DNA of 64,000 nucleotides. Source: Octopus sinensis (Eukaryota). The stretch lies in contig NW_021836134.1 in the NCBI RefSeq assembly GCF_006345805.1, positions 335,440 to 399,439 of the forward strand. The letters run 5' to 3'. Position numbers and translations under genes: made by a program. Positions 61,961 to 64,000 of this stretch are shown piece after piece (positions within the stretch are counted from its first letter, which is position 1; each line of letters starts with the position of its first letter). The notes under the pieces were generated by a model, which was not told where the DNA came from, ran no database searches, and worked only from the letters and a program-made list of their open reading frames with translations.

Positions 61961-62399
61961 CTATTTTGAATTTTAATTACTGTCTCTTATTGAAAAAAAC
62001 AATCTTTATTAAATTCGTTTCTTAAGAAGCTCAAAATCTTAGCTTGGGGCTTAAAAAAGGCTTAAGATACTAAACAACGTATTTTGGCGGTATTTAGAAG
62101 GCAAATATGAAAAAAATAACAATTAAATAAGCGTATAGATTTCTATAGTGACTTGAGACGCTTAAAGTGCCATTTACTGGATTATTTATTTAATTAGAGT
62201 ACAAACTAAATATTGTGGTGTGTAATTTTCCCATTTTAATTTTGTCACATTCATTGTTGTTTTCATTTGTACTGCCTTATTTTCTGTGTATCTCATTGTA
62301 TTGTCTTAGTTCTGTGTATTCCTTGTTTTTATTCTAATCTTCATGGAAAAAAAGTATAACCCACATGCCTTTCTAGCAAGAAATCGAACAGACAGAAAA

Positions 62400-63310
62400 C
62401 GTAGAATTAATTGCTCGACCTGTGGGAATTTTTTCCATCTTTCTTGTATTGGTCTCTAAGAGGAAGCAGCCATTTCCCCTCCAGACGTGGAATTTATTTT
62501 GTGCGTAGTTCCTGGTGGTTTCCACCTCCCTTTGTCCTTCCCGTCTCTGATGCAGGGGATTTCCTGCGATATCTGTCCCCTTTGCGACGGTGTAGGTACA
62601 TCCCCGTTAGGATTCCGAAGGCAGCCAGGTTACTTGCTTCAGAGAGTCTTGCCACCTTGATTGGAAATGCCACGAAGAAACACTCCGACGCCCTTCGTGG
62701 GCAAAACTATTCCTCTTTCCGTCTACGCTTTGAGCGTCCCGATACAGCAACGAACGGATGGGCAATCCTTGCTAAGCTTTGAAAGCGCAGATCCCTGAAT
62801 GAATGTCCAATTTCGAGTCCGTTCTCTACCCCCCCTACCGAAGAGACGCCGGCCTTCAGGGAAAAACAGTACTACCTGCTTGAAAACATCGTCGAAGGCA
62901 GGTTCTGGGGCACTTGTACCGTACTTCGTACCAACACAGCTCAAAGTTGGTATCCGAAGAGGCGCCGAGGCCGGGGGGTCCACGCTCTACGTGAGTTTGT
63001 TAACTCTTCCACTGATTCCAACGAATTCTGGCCAAGATCGACTTAAAGAATGCATTCAATTCTGTTAGAAGAGACTGTATCCTTGAAGCTTGCGCCAAAG
63101 AAATTCCGTACATCCTACCGATTGTCAACTTGGCATACTCCACTGGGCTCTTATATTGAGGAACTGTTTATCTATTCCAAAGTTAACATACGTTTTGAGG
63201 ACGGCCCAGTGCTATGAGGAAACAGATCTTCTCGAAGACTATTCCGAGCACATGAAAGCTTGCACTGAGGACATCCTCAACGTCAGCTTCTATACGCAGT
63301 CGTGTGGAGA
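62400..63310 (+). mobile_element. Internally deleted CRE-clade element
   Basis: RIPKAARLLASESLATLI; VPTQLKVGIRRGAEAG; LRNCLSIPKLTYVLRT. Confidence 0.7.
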
Positions 63311-63667
63311 CAGGCGATCCTCCAATGGCGTCACTTTTCCGAAAAAAGGGGGAAGTCAAAAACCTATTTTTTTTAATTTTATATTTTATAAAAATGGAAA
63401 AATATTAATTCTCTTTATTTTATAATATTTGAAATTATTAAATAAATATTTAAAAAGCATTAAATATTCTGCTACCAATATTGCTTTGTTATATTCTGTC
63501 GTGTATTTTAATAAATATTAATTTTTAGGTGCCACATAATGTCGTTTCTAAACCATCGTATCTTCGCATGCTGAGATGAAGATGACACAAGCTCAATTCA
63601 GTTCTTTTAAAAACAATTTGTAACTCATAGAGATCAATATCTGAGCATATATTTAGTATACACCGCT

Positions 63668-64000
63668 ATGTTTGAAGATTCTCCAAATGTTCAATTTAAT
63701 CAACTCGTGGACGCACTAAATGAGAATTTTCAAGTTTTTGTGAATGGGTTATTTAATTTAACGATTTAAAACGATTTAAGAAAAAAGATCAAAGGTATTA
63801 AAATCGGCTCTTAAAAGAATTAAAACATGTGTTTATGATACTCTGGAAGTAGACATGGGTGACACCTGTTCTATATGTCTGGACATTTACAAATCAGGGG
63901 AGAATGTGGCTAAACTAAAATGCGGTTCATTTTTCATTTCTCTTGCGTCAAGAAGTGGCTACAAGGAAAAAATTCTCGTAAATTATCTGCCCGTTCGTAG
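63668..64000 (+). CDS. RING-H2 protein, C-terminal part; start uncertain
   Basis: DTCSICLDIYKSGENVAKLKCG-HFFHFSCVKKWLQ, with frame slips. Confidence 0.72.

Overview
AT-rich eukaryotic DNA read with the standard genetic code. Roughly half is transposon-derived. Host genes (ACY1, EXOC7, RPRD1-like, TTC1, a TM-bZIP, an ARM-repeat protein, a RING-H2 protein) are broken by many very short introns, mostly 23-31 nt with little donor consensus. This suggests a reduced, probably metazoan parasite such as a myxozoan or dicyemid (inference only). The first 23.3 kb is a ~13.3-kb tandem segmental duplication. Each unit holds an ORF-intact I/Jockey-group LINE (13-bp TSD, (TATTC)4 tail) nested in the A/T tract of a modular non-autonomous Helitron-like element, followed by flank ending inside ACY1. 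A third, LINE-free copy of the Helitron-like element lies at 52249-54193. The rest contains Tc1, pogo, hAT and Ginger DNA transposons with intact TIRs/TSDs, plus CRE-, RTE- and R4-like fragments. Top leads: a compact ~139-nt U1 snRNA with a divergent 70K loop and miniature SL4 in a micro-intron genome; a Ginger transposon carrying three host-type micro-introns; a highly structured GC-rich island (44895-45260); and the LINE-in-Helitron composite, whose endonuclease has an L1-D205G-equivalent change. Single-base indels in several conserved genes suggest consensus errors, so frameshift and duplication calls need read-level checks. All homology calls come from motif recognition by eye, not from database searches.
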